From: an uncultured Lachnospiraceae bacterium
GTDB lineage: Bacteria; Bacillota; Clostridia; TANB77; CAG-508
Assembly: GCA_945917765.1 (NCBI GenBank)
Contig: CAMEHU010000003.1
Location: 8,719-72,718 of the forward strand
Length of the DNA stretch: 64,000 nt
Reading direction: 5' to 3'
Shown: one piece after another, positions 48,915 through 60,217 of the stretch
Layout of the letters: each line of letters opens with the position of its first letter
How positions within the stretch are numbered: the first letter of the stretch is position 1
Made by a program: the position numbers and the translations under genes
The notes under the pieces: generated by a model
Told to the model about the DNA's origin: nothing
What the model saw: only the letters and a program-made list of their open reading frames with translations
Database searches by the model: none

Positions 48915-50159
48915 TTACTCTACTTCACTATAAATTTTCGCCAAATATTTCATACTATTCAAACACTCCTCTAAGGTATTTCCAGTAGCCCCAACCTCAA
49001 TAATACAAGCAGCCTTAGCAAGATGATGATTATACCTAGAATTTCTAACAATTATAGGTTTAAACAACCCTGGATACAACTCATTTCCCTTCTTAACAAT
49101 CTTCATAGCAAACTTTAAATTATCTCTCCAATTCTTGTGATATAAACCTCCTCCATCTGTTCCAATAACAAACATCACTCTAGCACAACAATCATCACCA
49201 ATTTTTACCTTTGGTGCATATGTATTATCACCAATTGCATCTCTATGTAAATCAATAACAACATCTGTATTTGTATACTGATTTAACAGATTCTGAACAG
49301 TTACAAGTGAACGATTATAAGACCCATTATATGAAGGATAATCATGATAAGATTTATCATGCACAATATTAAATCCATATTTTTTTAGATATTTTTCTAA
49401 TTCATCACCAACTCTTGAAACACTATAATTCAAATCTGTTGTTCTATAATTTCCAGATGAATTATATTGGCATTGTTCTGTTGGAGTATAACTTTCACAT
49501 GTATGTGTATGAAAAATTATAATATCGTTTTTATTAATATCAACGTTTAAATCTTTTATTTCAGATTGTAAATCATAATCACATTCATCTCTTAACTTAA
49601 CGCCAAAAATTTCACAAGTAGCTTTGTCTGGAATACTAGAAGGAAGGATTTCAACATTTACACCTGTTTGCACATCTTGTAATTCTCCATTTTCTGCCAT
49701 ATTAGTATCATTAGCATTGTTATTTGCATCATTTTCTTGATTATTTTGATTTTGAGAATCTGCATTATCTACACTTTCTTGTAAATCAATATCACTGCTT
49801 TCATTTTCTTTATTATTCTCTATATTTTGAAAACCATTCAAACCATTGTAATTCACATTTCCATATATCAATCCATTTGGATTAGTAACATCAACTAACT
49901 TAAATAAGCTAAACTCACTACTAATCGTATCTGAAATATAATTTTTATCACCTAATTTCAAATTAGAATTATCATTTTTCATCATCAAAATTTCATTTTT
50001 TATCATTCCTAAAAATTTTCTAGAGTCAAAAGAAAAATAACTATTTACATTTTTTTTAGTGTAAAAAAAATTAGCAAAAATAGCTATAATACCAAATATT
50101 AAACTAATTTTTGCTAAGTATTTAATTATGTCTTTTCCTGTAATGACCTTTATTCTCAC
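48915..50159 (-). CDS. spoIIP: stage II sporulation protein P
   Basis: N-terminal TM segment and the conserved IIFHTHTCESY and DLHRDA regions of SpoIIP-type amidases. Confidence 0.8.
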   Translation of the reverse strand: MRIKVITGKDIIKYLAKISLIFGIIAIFANFFYTKKNVNSYFSFDSRKFLGMIKNEILMMKNDNSNLKLGDKNYISDTISSEFSLFKLVDVTNPNGLIYGNVNYNGLNGFQNIENNKENESSDIDLQESVDNADSQNQNNQENDANNNANDTNMAENGELQDVQTGVNVEILPSSIPDKATCEIFGVKLRDECDYDLQSEIKDLNVDINKNDIIIFHTHTCESYTPTEQCQYNSSGNYRTTDLNYSVSRVGDELEKYLKKYGFNIVHDKSYHDYPSYNGSYNRSLVTVQNLLNQYTNTDVVIDLHRDAIGDNTYAPKVKIGDDCCARVMFVIGTDGGGLYHKNWRDNLKFAMKIVKKGNELYPGLFKPIIVRNSRYNHHLAKAACIIEVGATGNTLEECLNSMKYLAKIYSEVE

Positions 50160-50276
50160 TTTTGAAATTTCTCCTTTGCATATGTAATATCATACAATTA
50201 TTATATGCATTAGAGATTTTTTTAGAACTTATAAAGCTCTCTATTTGAAACATATCATTTTGATTAAGGCTTATTC

Positions 50277-50921
50277 TTAATCAATCTTTGGTTTTAATTC
50301 CAAATAAATCGGTCTTTCTTCCCTTATCATTGTAGATTTTCCATGTCCTGGATATACAATTGTTTTAGCGGGTAAAACCATCAATTTTTTCGTTATTGAA
50401 TCCATAATATCTTCTAGTCCACCTGTAGGAAGGTCTGTTCTTCCCCAGGTGCCACAAAATAATGTATCCCCACTTATCAAAAAGCCTTCTTTTTCACAAT
50501 ATAAGCAAGTTCCACCTTTTGTATGTCCAGGTGTATGAATTACTTTAAATTCAATATTTCCAAGATGTAATAAATCTCCATCATTTAATCTAGAGTCTGG
50601 TTCAAAACTTGCATCTATTCCAAGATAATTTGTTAAACTGATATCTGGATTTGTAAGTCCTTCTGCATCAAATCTATGAATTAAAATCTTTCCACCTTTT
50701 CTTTTTTGAAGCTCACTAACAGCACCTATATGGTCACCATGGCAATGTGTTAAATAAATATATTTTAGATTAGCATTTAAAATATCCAACATTTCAATAA
50801 TTTTTTCGACTTCAGCACCAGGATCAACCACCATAGTTTCTTTACTATCTTCATCTTGAATTATATATACATTTGTATACATTCCATATGGTGTTAATAC
50901 TCTAATTCTCTTTAGTATCAT
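50277..50921 (-). CDS. MBL-fold metallo-hydrolase
   Basis: THCHGDHIG metal-binding motif, plus HTPGHT and the later D/H ligands. Confidence 0.8.
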   Translation of the reverse strand: MILKRIRVLTPYGMYTNVYIIQDEDSKETMVVDPGAEVEKIIEMLDILNANLKYIYLTHCHGDHIGAVSELQKRKGGKILIHRFDAEGLTNPDISLTNYLGIDASFEPDSRLNDGDLLHLGNIEFKVIHTPGHTKGGTCLYCEKEGFLISGDTLFCGTWGRTDLPTGGLEDIMDSITKKLMVLPAKTIVYPGHGKSTMIREERPIYLELKPKID

Positions 50922-50944
50922 ATTTACATCTTCTTCCCTTCACA

Positions 50945-53146
50945 TTATTTCTTTCTATTAACTTCATATACATTATCAATTTTTCTTAAAGCTTTTAAAA
51001 TATTGTTTAAATCATCTAAATTTTCAACTTCTACAGTAACTTCTGTAACAACTATTTTTTCTTTATTAACTTTTGAATTAACCGCTACTAATCTTGTTTT
51101 TACAGATGCAATTTGTTTGATAATATCAGCTAATAATCCATTTCTTTCATTTGCCAATATTTCAATATCAACATTATAACTACTATTTTGCTCATTATAC
51201 CAATATACATCAATCATTCTATCTTCTTGTGAAATCAAATCTTTTACATTAACACAATCTTTTCTATGAACAGAAACACCTCTTCCTCTTGTAATAAAGC
51301 CTACTATCTCATCTCCAGGAACCGGATTACAACATTTTGATAATCTAACTAAACAATTATCTATTCCTTTTACAACAATACCAACACTTGATGGTTTTGT
51401 TTTTCTTGTTCTTTCATTAATTAATTCTTCTAAAGTCTGTTCAATATATTCATCTTGATTATCTTTTTTATACACTTCTAATATTTTTGCAATAACTTTT
51501 GATGCAGTAATTGCACCAAAACCAACAGCAGAATACATATCTTCTACATTATTAAATTTATATCTGTCCAATGCTACTTGAACATATTCATTTTTAAAGA
51601 TTTTGCTATATGAAATTCCTATTCTTTTAATCTCTTTTTCTATTAAATCTTTACCTTTTTCAATATTTTCTGCTCTTTGTGTTTTCTTAAACCAACTTTG
51701 AATTTTGTTTTTTGCACTAGTACTTTTAACAAACTTTAACCAATCTCTACTTGGTCCTTTTGATTGGTCAGATGTTATTATTTCAACGATATCACCATTT
51801 TTTAGTGCAGTTATAATTGGCATCATTTTACTATTTATTTTACAGCCTGTCATATGGTGACCAATTTCAGCGTGAATGCAATATGCAAAATCTATTGGTG
51901 TTGCTCCTCTAGGCAAAACTTTAATTTGTCCTTTTGGGGTAAATACATATACCTCATCAACAAAAAGCTCTGTTTTTAATGTATTTAAAAATTCTTGTGG
52001 GTCTTGCATATCTTTTTGCCACTCAAGCGCTTCACGAAGCCAAGCTAATTTATCATCTTGGACAGTTACAGATGTTTTCTTAAACTTATTTGCTTCTTTA
52101 TATGCCCAGTGTGCAGCAATACCAAACTCAGCAATTCTATGCATTTCATATGTACGAATTTGAACTTCAAATGGAGTTCCTTTTGGTCCTATTAATGTTG
52201 TGTGTAATGATTGATACATATTAGGTTTTGGAACAGATATATAATCTTTAAATCTTCCTGGCATTGGGTTATATAATTCATGAACCACACCTAAAGCAGC
52301 ATAACAATCTTTTACATTATCAACTAAAATCCTTAGTGCAAATAAATCATAAATTTGGTCTAATGATTTATTATCTCTTTGCATTTTTCTATAAATGCTA
52401 TATAAATGCTTTGCCCTACCTGTAATCTCGGCTTTTATTTTTTGTCTTTTTAATTCTTCATTTATTTGTTCAACAATTTGATTAATAAATTGTAATCTTT
52501 CTCCTCTTTTTTTATCAATTCCTTCAACAATTTCTCTATATTCATCAGGATTTAGATATTTAAATGATAGGTCCTCTAATTCCCATTTTAATGAGTACAT
52601 ACCTAATCTATTTGCAAGAGGTGCATATAAATCTTGAGTTTCTTTTGATATTGCAAGTTGTCTATCTCTTCTTAAAAATTTAAGAGTTCTCATATTATGT
52701 AATCTATCTGCCAATTTAATCAAAATTACTCTAATATCTTTCCCCATTGCTAAAAACATTTTTCTATAGTTTTCAACCTGTTGTTCTTCTGCACTTGTAT
52801 ATTTTAAATTTCCAAGTTTTGTAACTCCATCAACCATTTCAGCAATTTCAGAAGAAAATTCTTTTGCTATATCTTTAATTGTAACCTCTGTATCTTCAGC
52901 AACATCATGTAATAATGCTGCACAAATTGTAGCATCATCAAGCTCTAACCCTGCTAAAATGTAAGCAACTTGAACAGGATGAATTATATAAGGTTCACCT
53001 GATTTTCTAAGCTGATCTCCATGCTTTTCTTTAGCAAAATCATATGCTCTTCTAATAAGTTTTAAATCACTTTTTTTATTATTTTTTTTCATTTTATCTA
53101 AAACATCTTCAATAGTCACATCTTTTACTTCAGACAATATACACAC
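50945..53146 (-). CDS. relA: bifunctional (p)ppGpp synthetase/hydrolase (RSH long form)
   Basis: HD hydrolase LLHDVAEDT, synthetase RFKDYISVPKPNMYQSLHTT, plus TGS and ACT regions. 733 aa. Confidence 0.95.
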   Translation of the reverse strand: MCILSEVKDVTIEDVLDKMKKNNKKSDLKLIRRAYDFAKEKHGDQLRKSGEPYIIHPVQVAYILAGLELDDATICAALLHDVAEDTEVTIKDIAKEFSSEIAEMVDGVTKLGNLKYTSAEEQQVENYRKMFLAMGKDIRVILIKLADRLHNMRTLKFLRRDRQLAISKETQDLYAPLANRLGMYSLKWELEDLSFKYLNPDEYREIVEGIDKKRGERLQFINQIVEQINEELKRQKIKAEITGRAKHLYSIYRKMQRDNKSLDQIYDLFALRILVDNVKDCYAALGVVHELYNPMPGRFKDYISVPKPNMYQSLHTTLIGPKGTPFEVQIRTYEMHRIAEFGIAAHWAYKEANKFKKTSVTVQDDKLAWLREALEWQKDMQDPQEFLNTLKTELFVDEVYVFTPKGQIKVLPRGATPIDFAYCIHAEIGHHMTGCKINSKMMPIITALKNGDIVEIITSDQSKGPSRDWLKFVKSTSAKNKIQSWFKKTQRAENIEKGKDLIEKEIKRIGISYSKIFKNEYVQVALDRYKFNNVEDMYSAVGFGAITASKVIAKILEVYKKDNQDEYIEQTLEELINERTRKTKPSSVGIVVKGIDNCLVRLSKCCNPVPGDEIVGFITRGRGVSVHRKDCVNVKDLISQEDRMIDVYWYNEQNSSYNVDIEILANERNGLLADIIKQIASVKTRLVAVNSKVNKEKIVVTEVTVEVENLDDLNNILKALRKIDNVYEVNRKK

Positions 53147-53154
53147 TCCCCTTT

Positions 53155-54840
53155 TTAATAAGATTTTCTAATATCTTTTAAGTTAATTTGAACACTTTCT
53201 CTACCATTAAATCTATTAATTTCAAGATTTCCAAGTACATCAACTTTATCACCTAACAAATAATCATCCACCAAATATCCCATATTAAATCCAATTGCAT
53301 CTATAACTAAACCTTCATCTTTTAATGTTAATTTTAAATGCTTTCCTTCTGATAATGCTCTAATTGAATTGATTCTTAGATTCTTATACATAAATACTGG
53401 CATTTTATTTGCCTCTCCAAAAGGCTCTAATAGACTCAAATCATTTACAACTTTAACATTTATATCTTTTGCACTAACCTCTTCATCAACTTTTATAATT
53501 GGAATTAAATCTTTTATATTAGAATTTTCAGCAAAATTTTCAAAGTCATTTTTAAAATTCTCAAAATTCTCTTCATTTACACTAATACCAATTGCCATTG
53601 AGTGTCCACCAAATCTATCAATGTACCTATCACATTTTGTTAATGCTTCATGTAAGTCAAAACCAGGAATACTTCTTCCAGAACCTTTTCCTTCTCCGTC
53701 TTCTAAACATATTAAAATACTTGGTTTATAATACATTTCAGTTACTTTTGAAGATACAATTCCTATTACACCATGATGCCAGTTTTTATCAGCTAAAACA
53801 ATACATGGTTTATCTTTTTCTCCATTTTCTATTTTATACAAAACCTCTTCAAAAATTCTTTTTTCAATATCTTGTCTTTGTCTATTATATTCATTTAATT
53901 GTTTTGATATATTTACTGCTTCTACAACATTTTCAGTCAAAAATAATTGTAAAGCCTCCTGCTCTTTTCCCATTCTACCACAAGCATTAATTCTTGGTGC
54001 AACCCCAAAAGATATTGCAGAAGAATCAATCTTTTTATATCCTATTGAAGCTAACAAAGCTTTTAATCCTATGTTTCTTGTAACTTCAACTAGTTTTAAA
54101 CCTAGTTTTGTAATTACTCTGTTTTCATCAACCAATGGTACAATATCTGAAATAGTTCCAACACACACAATATCTAAATATTTCAAATATTCCTTTTCAT
54201 CTAATCCATATACTTTACTAATAGCTTGAGTTAATTTAAAAACTACACCTACACCTGCTAACTGATTAAATGGATATTTATTATCTTTTCTTTTAGCATC
54301 AACAACAGCTAAAGCATTTGGTAACTTTTCAGCTGGTTCATGATGGTCTGTTACAATAGTTTCTAGTCCTAAACTATTTGCATAATCTATTTCTTCAATT
54401 CCAGAAATTCCACAATCAACTGTAATCATAAGTTGATATTTTTGTTCAACAATTTTATCGATAGCAGATTTATTTAAGCCATACCCTTCATCTAATCTAT
54501 TTGGAATATAACTATCAACTTCTAATCCTCTATCAGCTAAAAATTTCTTTAGAACAGTAATACTAGTAATTCCATCAACATCATAATCCCCATAAATAAT
54601 AACTTTTTCTTGATTTTCTATTGCTTTTATAATTCTATTAACAGCTATTTCCATATCTGGCATTAAATATGGATCATGAAAATCATTTCTTGTAGGATTT
54701 AAAAACACATCTATTTCTTGTTTTGTTTTTAAGTTTTTATTTGCAATTATTGTTGCTAATAATCTGCTTAATCCAAATTCGTCTTGAATTTGTTTTACTA
54801 TTTCTTCATCTTTACCATAAAACTCCCATTTTTTATTCAT
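53155..54840 (-). CDS. recJ: single-stranded-DNA-specific exonuclease RecJ
   Basis: DHH motifs GDYDVDGITS, ITVDCGI and VTDHHEP. Start set at MNKKWEFYG behind AAGGAG. Confidence 0.9.
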   Translation of the reverse strand: MNKKWEFYGKDEEIVKQIQDEFGLSRLLATIIANKNLKTKQEIDVFLNPTRNDFHDPYLMPDMEIAVNRIIKAIENQEKVIIYGDYDVDGITSITVLKKFLADRGLEVDSYIPNRLDEGYGLNKSAIDKIVEQKYQLMITVDCGISGIEEIDYANSLGLETIVTDHHEPAEKLPNALAVVDAKRKDNKYPFNQLAGVGVVFKLTQAISKVYGLDEKEYLKYLDIVCVGTISDIVPLVDENRVITKLGLKLVEVTRNIGLKALLASIGYKKIDSSAISFGVAPRINACGRMGKEQEALQLFLTENVVEAVNISKQLNEYNRQRQDIEKRIFEEVLYKIENGEKDKPCIVLADKNWHHGVIGIVSSKVTEMYYKPSILICLEDGEGKGSGRSIPGFDLHEALTKCDRYIDRFGGHSMAIGISVNEENFENFKNDFENFAENSNIKDLIPIIKVDEEVSAKDINVKVVNDLSLLEPFGEANKMPVFMYKNLRINSIRALSEGKHLKLTLKDEGLVIDAIGFNMGYLVDDYLLGDKVDVLGNLEINRFNGRESVQINLKDIRKSY

Positions 54841-55100
54841 CCTTTTTCTCCTTAAAAATACATATTTTATCATATTGTATAACATTTTTTTGTTTTTTTA
54901 AACCCTTTTTTATTAAAAAGTTAATTATCATGTTACAGTTTAATACTTTTTATGAAATAACCCGCCGGAATCATAGAATTATGTAATTCTAATAAAAAAA
55001 GAATTGCTCAAAAACAAATCTCAACATAAACCTGTTCAAAAATCTGCCTTTGAGCAATCCATAAAATAAAAAATAAAAATTAATACATTATAATCAAAAC

Positions 55101-55850
55101 CTATAATCTCAAAATATCATTATAAGTTACAAAAATAGACAAAGTAATCAAAATTAGAAATCCTACAGATTGAAGTGCTACCTCAAATTTTTGACTAAAA
55201 GGCTTTTTTCTAATTCCTTCAATAATTAATAAAACCACTTTTCCTCCATCAAGTGGTGGAAAAGGCATTAAATTTGTTACTCCTAATGATAATGATATTA
55301 CAGACATAATATAAATAAAATCTGCGATTCCTGTAGTTTGTGATACAACACTAGAAATTCCGACAGGTCCCATCATTTGATCCATTTTTGCTTTTCCTGT
55401 AAAAAGCTGAACAATGCTTTCAAACATTGATTTTATAAAATATCCTACATTATAAAAAGCTTTTTCAAATCCAAGGAAATAAAAAGATAATCCCCAAAAT
55501 AATATTATTGCAAAAATAATATTTACTATGCCTCCTGCCATTACAATTGCTATTCTTTTTAAAACACTTGCTTCACTAAAAGAGCCTTCTTCAGTAGATT
55601 TTTCATCTTCGCCTTCCATACTTACAAATCCACCTAATGGAATTAATCTTAAAGCATATTTAGTAACTTTTCCTTTTTTACTCCATATAGTTGGGCCAAA
55701 TCCGATTGCAAATTCATTAACTTTTACTTTACAGATTTTTGCCACAAAAAAATGTCCACTTTCATGTATTAATACTAAAAATCCCAATAAAAAAATAATT
55801 TTTACTGCATTTATAATTATCAAACCGATACCTCCGCTTCGTAAATTCAA
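55101..55850 (-). CDS. M50-family site-2 metalloprotease, RseP/RasP-like but lacking a PDZ domain
   Basis: HESGHF zinc motif and LPFPPLDGG (NPDG-like) motif. It is only 249 aa, with no PDZ-length insertion between TM segments. Confidence 0.8.
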   Translation of the reverse strand: MNLRSGGIGLIIINAVKIIFLLGFLVLIHESGHFFVAKICKVKVNEFAIGFGPTIWSKKGKVTKYALRLIPLGGFVSMEGEDEKSTEEGSFSEASVLKRIAIVMAGGIVNIIFAIILFWGLSFYFLGFEKAFYNVGYFIKSMFESIVQLFTGKAKMDQMMGPVGISSVVSQTTGIADFIYIMSVISLSLGVTNLMPFPPLDGGKVVLLIIEGIRKKPFSQKFEVALQSVGFLILITLSIFVTYNDILRL

Positions 55851-55959
55851 TAATATTATTCTAGTAAAAAACTCTAGTATAAAATATTATCCAAACTTCT
55901 ATTAAAAATTAGAGAAAATACTAATTATTATAAAATTAGTATTTTCAAATAAACATATA

Positions 55960-56778
55960 TTAAATCAACATTAATAAAAAATATGCAAAAGGTGCTATAA
56001 ATATTACACTATCTATTCTATCTAGCATTCCTCCATGACCAGGGAATAGATTACTATAATCTTTTATATTAACAAATCTTTTTATAGTTGATGCTGAAAA
56101 GTCTCCAATTTGACCAATTAAACTTAATACAATTGCAATAGGACAAATAATTAAATAATTAATATCCATGCCACATTGAGTATTTAAGAATATTGTATAT
56201 AACACAGCACATACTAAAGAACCTGCTGTACCTCCTATACATCCTTCAATTGATTTTTTAGGACTTACCGGACTAATTTTGTGTTTTCCGAATTTTTTTC
56301 CAACAAAATATGCAAATACATCAGTTCCCCATGCTGCGAAAATAATGTACCATACTAATAATTTTCCATTTGGTCTTCCCATTAAAATTGGGATAAATAA
56401 CAAGAAAATTACTATATAACAAATACCAAACAATGTCAACGCAATATCTACAATATTAGTTTTCATATTACTAAATATAACATGTAAAAATAATACTAAT
56501 ACCGTTGTTGGAATTAATATTCCTATTATATTAACTAAATATTGTACAGGAATAATATGTATAAAACAAATCAAAACACATGCCAAATATCCTATCCATT
56601 GTATTGGTTTAGCTTTTAATTTAAGGGCATGGTTGTATTCATATAATGCACATAATGCAGTTATTGCAAATATTGAATCTATTACATATTTGTTTCCAAA
56701 AACCAAAGCACATGCAACAATTGGAAACCCAATTAGAGCTGTAGCAACACGTTTCATATTCATATTATTTTCCTCCAA
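55960..56778 (-). CDS. cdsA: phosphatidate cytidylyltransferase
   Basis: C-terminal signature FPGHGGMLDRIDS in a polytopic membrane protein. Operon position is after uppS. Confidence 0.9.
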   Translation of the reverse strand: MEENNMNMKRVATALIGFPIVACALVFGNKYVIDSIFAITALCALYEYNHALKLKAKPIQWIGYLACVLICFIHIIPVQYLVNIIGILIPTTVLVLFLHVIFSNMKTNIVDIALTLFGICYIVIFLLFIPILMGRPNGKLLVWYIIFAAWGTDVFAYFVGKKFGKHKISPVSPKKSIEGCIGGTAGSLVCAVLYTIFLNTQCGMDINYLIICPIAIVLSLIGQIGDFSASTIKRFVNIKDYSNLFPGHGGMLDRIDSVIFIAPFAYFLLMLI

Positions 56779-57475
56779 ACTTTCTATTTCTTTTGTTAAA
56801 AACTTTTATAGCTTCCTCTAAATCACTATTACTAAAATCTGGCCAGTATTTATCAGTAAAATAGAATTCAGAATATACTAATTGCCATGGTAAGAAATTG
56901 CTTGTACGTAATTCTCCACCTGGTCTTATTAACAAATCTGGATCTGGTTGGTTTTCAGTATATAAATTTTGAGTAATCAAATCTTCATTAATATCATTAA
57001 CATCTATTTCATTATTTTTAATTTTTTGAGCTATTTTTTTCATAGCATTTGTAATTTCATCTCTTCCACCATAATTAAATGCTATATTAATTGTAAGACC
57101 AGTACATTTTTTTGTTCTATCTATTGCTTCATTTATACTTTTTTTCAAACCATCTTCAAGATTATTCAAATTTCCCAATACATTAATTCTAATGTTTTCT
57201 TTATTAGCATTTTTAGAGAATTTTTTTAAATAATTTTTTAATAATAACATTAATGCTGAAACTTCGTCTTTACTTCTTTTCCAATTTTCTGTTGAAAATG
57301 CATATACAGTTAAATATTTAACACCTATATCATTACAATATTTAGCTATTTCTTCTAAATTTTCAGCTCCAGCCTTATGTCCTTCTTTTGTTTCTATTCC
57401 CTTTTCTCTTGCCCATCTTCTATTTCCATCCATGATAATTGCTATATGCTCTGGTATTTTTAATTCATTATCCAT
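56765..57475 (-). CDS. uppS: isoprenyl transferase (undecaprenyl diphosphate synthase)
   Basis: HIAIIMDGNRRWA and the RTSNFLPWQ region. Confidence 0.95.
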   Translation of the reverse strand: MDNELKIPEHIAIIMDGNRRWAREKGIETKEGHKAGAENLEEIAKYCNDIGVKYLTVYAFSTENWKRSKDEVSALMLLLKNYLKKFSKNANKENIRINVLGNLNNLEDGLKKSINEAIDRTKKCTGLTINIAFNYGGRDEITNAMKKIAQKIKNNEIDVNDINEDLITQNLYTENQPDPDLLIRPGGELRTSNFLPWQLVYSEFYFTDKYWPDFSNSDLEEAIKVFNKRNRKFGGK

Positions 57476-57485
57476 AAAAAACTCC

Positions 57486-58376
57486 TTATTTATTTCTATT
57501 TGCTATATATAAAGCCAATTGTTTTAAAAATTCACAATTGTTAAATGAAGATATAATTTCAATTGCTTCATTAGTTATATCTTGTAGCATTTTTTGTGCT
57601 TGTTCTAAACCATATTTTGTAGTATATGTACATTTTCCTCTTGCTTTATCATTACCAACAGGTTTTCCAGTTTCTTTGCTATCACCAATTTCAGATAAAA
57701 TATCATCTTTGATTTGAAATGCCAAACCAATCTTGTCAGCATATAAACTTAGCTTTTCTAAATCATTTTTATCGCAACCAGCTAAAATAGCTCCAATTCT
57801 AACACTAGCTCTAATTAAAGCTCCTGTTTTGTTTTCATGAATATATTCTAAATAATCACTTGAAATTTGTTTGCCTTCAAATTCTGTATCAACATATTCA
57901 CCTGCAATCATTCTATCTATTCCATCTGATAATTCTTTAAGACATATGATTTTATTTTGTTTGTTTTCTTCATCACTATTAATAATATCATTTAAAACAA
58001 TATTATATGCATAATTTAATAAACCATCACCTGCAAGTATAGCAGTAGCTTCATTAAATTTTTTATGATTTGTTAGTTTTCCTCGTCTATAATCATCATT
58101 ATCAATTCCAGGTAAATCGTCATGAATTAAAGAAAAAGTGTGAATCATTTCCATTGCTACTCCAAAAGGATAAGCTTTTTCTACATCATTTTTAAATAAT
58201 TCATATACAGACATTATCAAAACAGGTCTTATTCTTTTTCCACCTGCCATCAAACTATATTCCATAGATTGATTTAAAATTATTTCTGGACAGTCATTTT
58301 TTCTGACATATTTTTCTAATTCATTATTTATTATATTTGATTTTTCTATTAATTCTTCTTTAAAATCCATTAACAA
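57486..58376 (-). CDS. trans-polyprenyl diphosphate synthase (FPP/GGPP synthase family)
   Basis: First aspartate-rich motif LIHDDLPGIDNDDYRRGK and second motif FQIKDDILS. Confidence 0.85.
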   Translation of the reverse strand: MLMDFKEELIEKSNIINNELEKYVRKNDCPEIILNQSMEYSLMAGGKRIRPVLIMSVYELFKNDVEKAYPFGVAMEMIHTFSLIHDDLPGIDNDDYRRGKLTNHKKFNEATAILAGDGLLNYAYNIVLNDIINSDEENKQNKIICLKELSDGIDRMIAGEYVDTEFEGKQISSDYLEYIHENKTGALIRASVRIGAILAGCDKNDLEKLSLYADKIGLAFQIKDDILSEIGDSKETGKPVGNDKARGKCTYTTKYGLEQAQKMLQDITNEAIEIISSFNNCEFLKQLALYIANRNK

Positions 58377-58441
58377 TTCTCCTTTAGCTTCATATAAAGT
58401 TTTTTTATTTTACTAAAGCATATTCTGGAATAAATAGCATA

Positions 58442-58990
58442 TTACACGCTCATTACTTCTTTTTCTTTATTTGCTAAAATATTATCAATTTCTTCAATTT
58501 TAGAATCAGTAATTTTTTGAACTTCATCCTCTGCTACTTTTAATTCGTCTTCTGTTATTTCAGAATCTTTTTGTTGTTTTCTAAAGCTATCTATAGCGTC
58601 TCTTCTGATTGCTCTTACAGCAACTTTAGCATCTTCTGCTATTTTTTTGATATCTTTTACAATTTCTTTTCTTCTTTCTTCATTTAATTCTGGGAAAGAA
58701 AGTCTTATAACTTTTCCATCATTGTTTGGATTTATACCTATATCTGATTTTAAAATTTCTTTTTCAATTTCTTTTAAAATATTTGCATCCCATGGTTGAA
58801 TAACAATTAATCTAGCTTCTGGAACAGAAATACCAGCTACTTGGCTAATTGGTGTAGGTACCCCATAGTAATCAACTTTTATTTTGTTTAAAATTGCAGG
58901 ATTTGCACGACCTGCTCTTATTTCTGCTAAATTTTCAGAGTATACACTTATTGTTTTACTCATTTTTTCTTTAATTTCACTATAATCCAT
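58442..58990 (-). CDS. frr: ribosome recycling factor
   Basis: 182 aa, with the GRANPAILNKIKVDYYG region and operon position after pyrH. Confidence 0.95.
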   Translation of the reverse strand: MDYSEIKEKMSKTISVYSENLAEIRAGRANPAILNKIKVDYYGVPTPISQVAGISVPEARLIVIQPWDANILKEIEKEILKSDIGINPNNDGKVIRLSFPELNEERRKEIVKDIKKIAEDAKVAVRAIRRDAIDSFRKQQKDSEITEDELKVAEDEVQKITDSKIEEIDNILANKEKEVMSV

Positions 58991-59002
58991 CTTATTTTCC
59001 TC

Positions 59003-59710
59003 CTATTTTACTAATGTTCCAACTTTTTCACCTTTAACAGCTTTTACCATATTTCCTTTTTCATTCATAGCAAAAACTATTAATTGAATATTATTATCTT
59101 TGCATAAAGATATTGCTGTTGAATCCATTACTTTCAAATCTTTATTTAATATGTCTAAATAAGTAATTTCATCGTATTTTACAGCATTTGGATCAACCTT
59201 TGGATCAGCTGAATATACACCATCTATTGTTTTAGCAACTAATATTACTTCTGCATCGATCTCAGCTGCTCTTAATGCAGCACATGTATCTGTTGTAAAG
59301 AATGGATTTCCTGTTCCTGCTGCAAAAATAACTATTCTACCTTTTTCAAGATGTTTTGTTGCTTTTCTTTTGATATATGGTTCTGCAATTTCTCTCATTT
59401 CAATAGCTGTTTGAACTCTTGTAAACATTCCTTTAGCTTCAAGAGCATCTTGTAAAGCTAAAGCATTTATTGTTGTTGCTAACATTCCCATATAATCTGA
59501 TGTAGTTTTTTCCATATTATGTCCATATTTACCTCTCCAGAAGTTTCCTCCACCAACTACTATTGCTACTTCAACACCTAAATCTTTTAAATCTTTTATT
59601 TGAGATGTTATTTCATCTAATACTTCTGGTGATATTCCTGTTTTGTTCTCACCTGCCAATGCCTCACCACTTAATTTTAGTAAAATTCTCTTATACTTAA
59701 CTTCAGACAT
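59003..59710 (-). CDS. pyrH: UMP kinase
   Basis: [13 protein letters not shown] and the GGGNFWRG motif. Confidence 0.95.
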   Translation of the reverse strand: MSEVKYKRILLKLSGEALAGENKTGISPEVLDEITSQIKDLKDLGVEVAIVVGGGNFWRGKYGHNMEKTTSDYMGMLATTINALALQDALEAKGMFTRVQTAIEMREIAEPYIKRKATKHLEKGRIVIFAAGTGNPFFTTDTCAALRAAEIDAEVILVAKTIDGVYSADPKVDPNAVKYDEITYLDILNKDLKVMDSTAISLCKDNNIQLIVFAMNEKGNMVKAVKGEKVGTLVK

Positions 59711-59836
59711 TTTTACACTCTCCTTTTAAAATTATTTACATTTCGTATTCTATCATAAATCTATAAAAAAAGCACCTATTTTTGAAAAATTTCCAAAAAT
59801 AATGTGCATTTTTGTTCAATATTTACCTTTTTTAAA

Positions 59837-60217
59837 TTAGAAATTATATTTTTTTAATTTAATATAACCTATTCCCATTAAAACTAACACTACTGAACCA
59901 ACTATAATAAACATAGCATTTTCAAAACTACCAGCTTGTGAATGAGCTGTTGTTGCTGTATTTGCATAGTTCTCAGTTGTTGTTTTTTTGTCTTGATTGT
60001 TTGTTGTTGTACCTGTTGTTTCTGTTGTTTTATTTTCTTCAGTTGTTGTTTTTGTAGTTTCTTTATTTTGTTCTTCAGTTGTTGTATTAGTTGTTTCTTC
60101 ATCTAATACTAAATATCCTTGTGCATCATAAGTTGCTGCATTAACTTTTAAATTAAACATCATTACAATCATTGCAATTAGAGTAATTGCAAATACTTTT
60201 TTACTCATTTTTTCCAT
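59837..60217 (-). CDS. small secreted Thr-rich protein with a C-terminal TM anchor
   Basis: Signal peptide, a TTT/E/K low-complexity region, and a C-terminal hydrophobic segment with a basic tail (IIVGSVVLVLMGIGYIKLKKYNF). No LPXTG-like motif recognised. Confidence 0.45.
   Translation of the reverse strand: MEKMSKKVFAITLIAMIVMMFNLKVNAATYDAQGYLVLDEETTNTTTEEQNKETTKTTTEENKTTETTGTTTNNQDKKTTTENYANTATTAHSQAGSFENAMFIIVGSVVLVLMGIGYIKLKKYNF

Noticed and set aside
54995-55065. Inverted repeat attgctcaaa...tttgagcaat downstream of recJ start and upstream of the M50 protease stop, considered as a possible terminator or sRNA.
   Set aside because: It has a 10-bp stem but a ~40-nt loop and no U tract, which is too weak to call.
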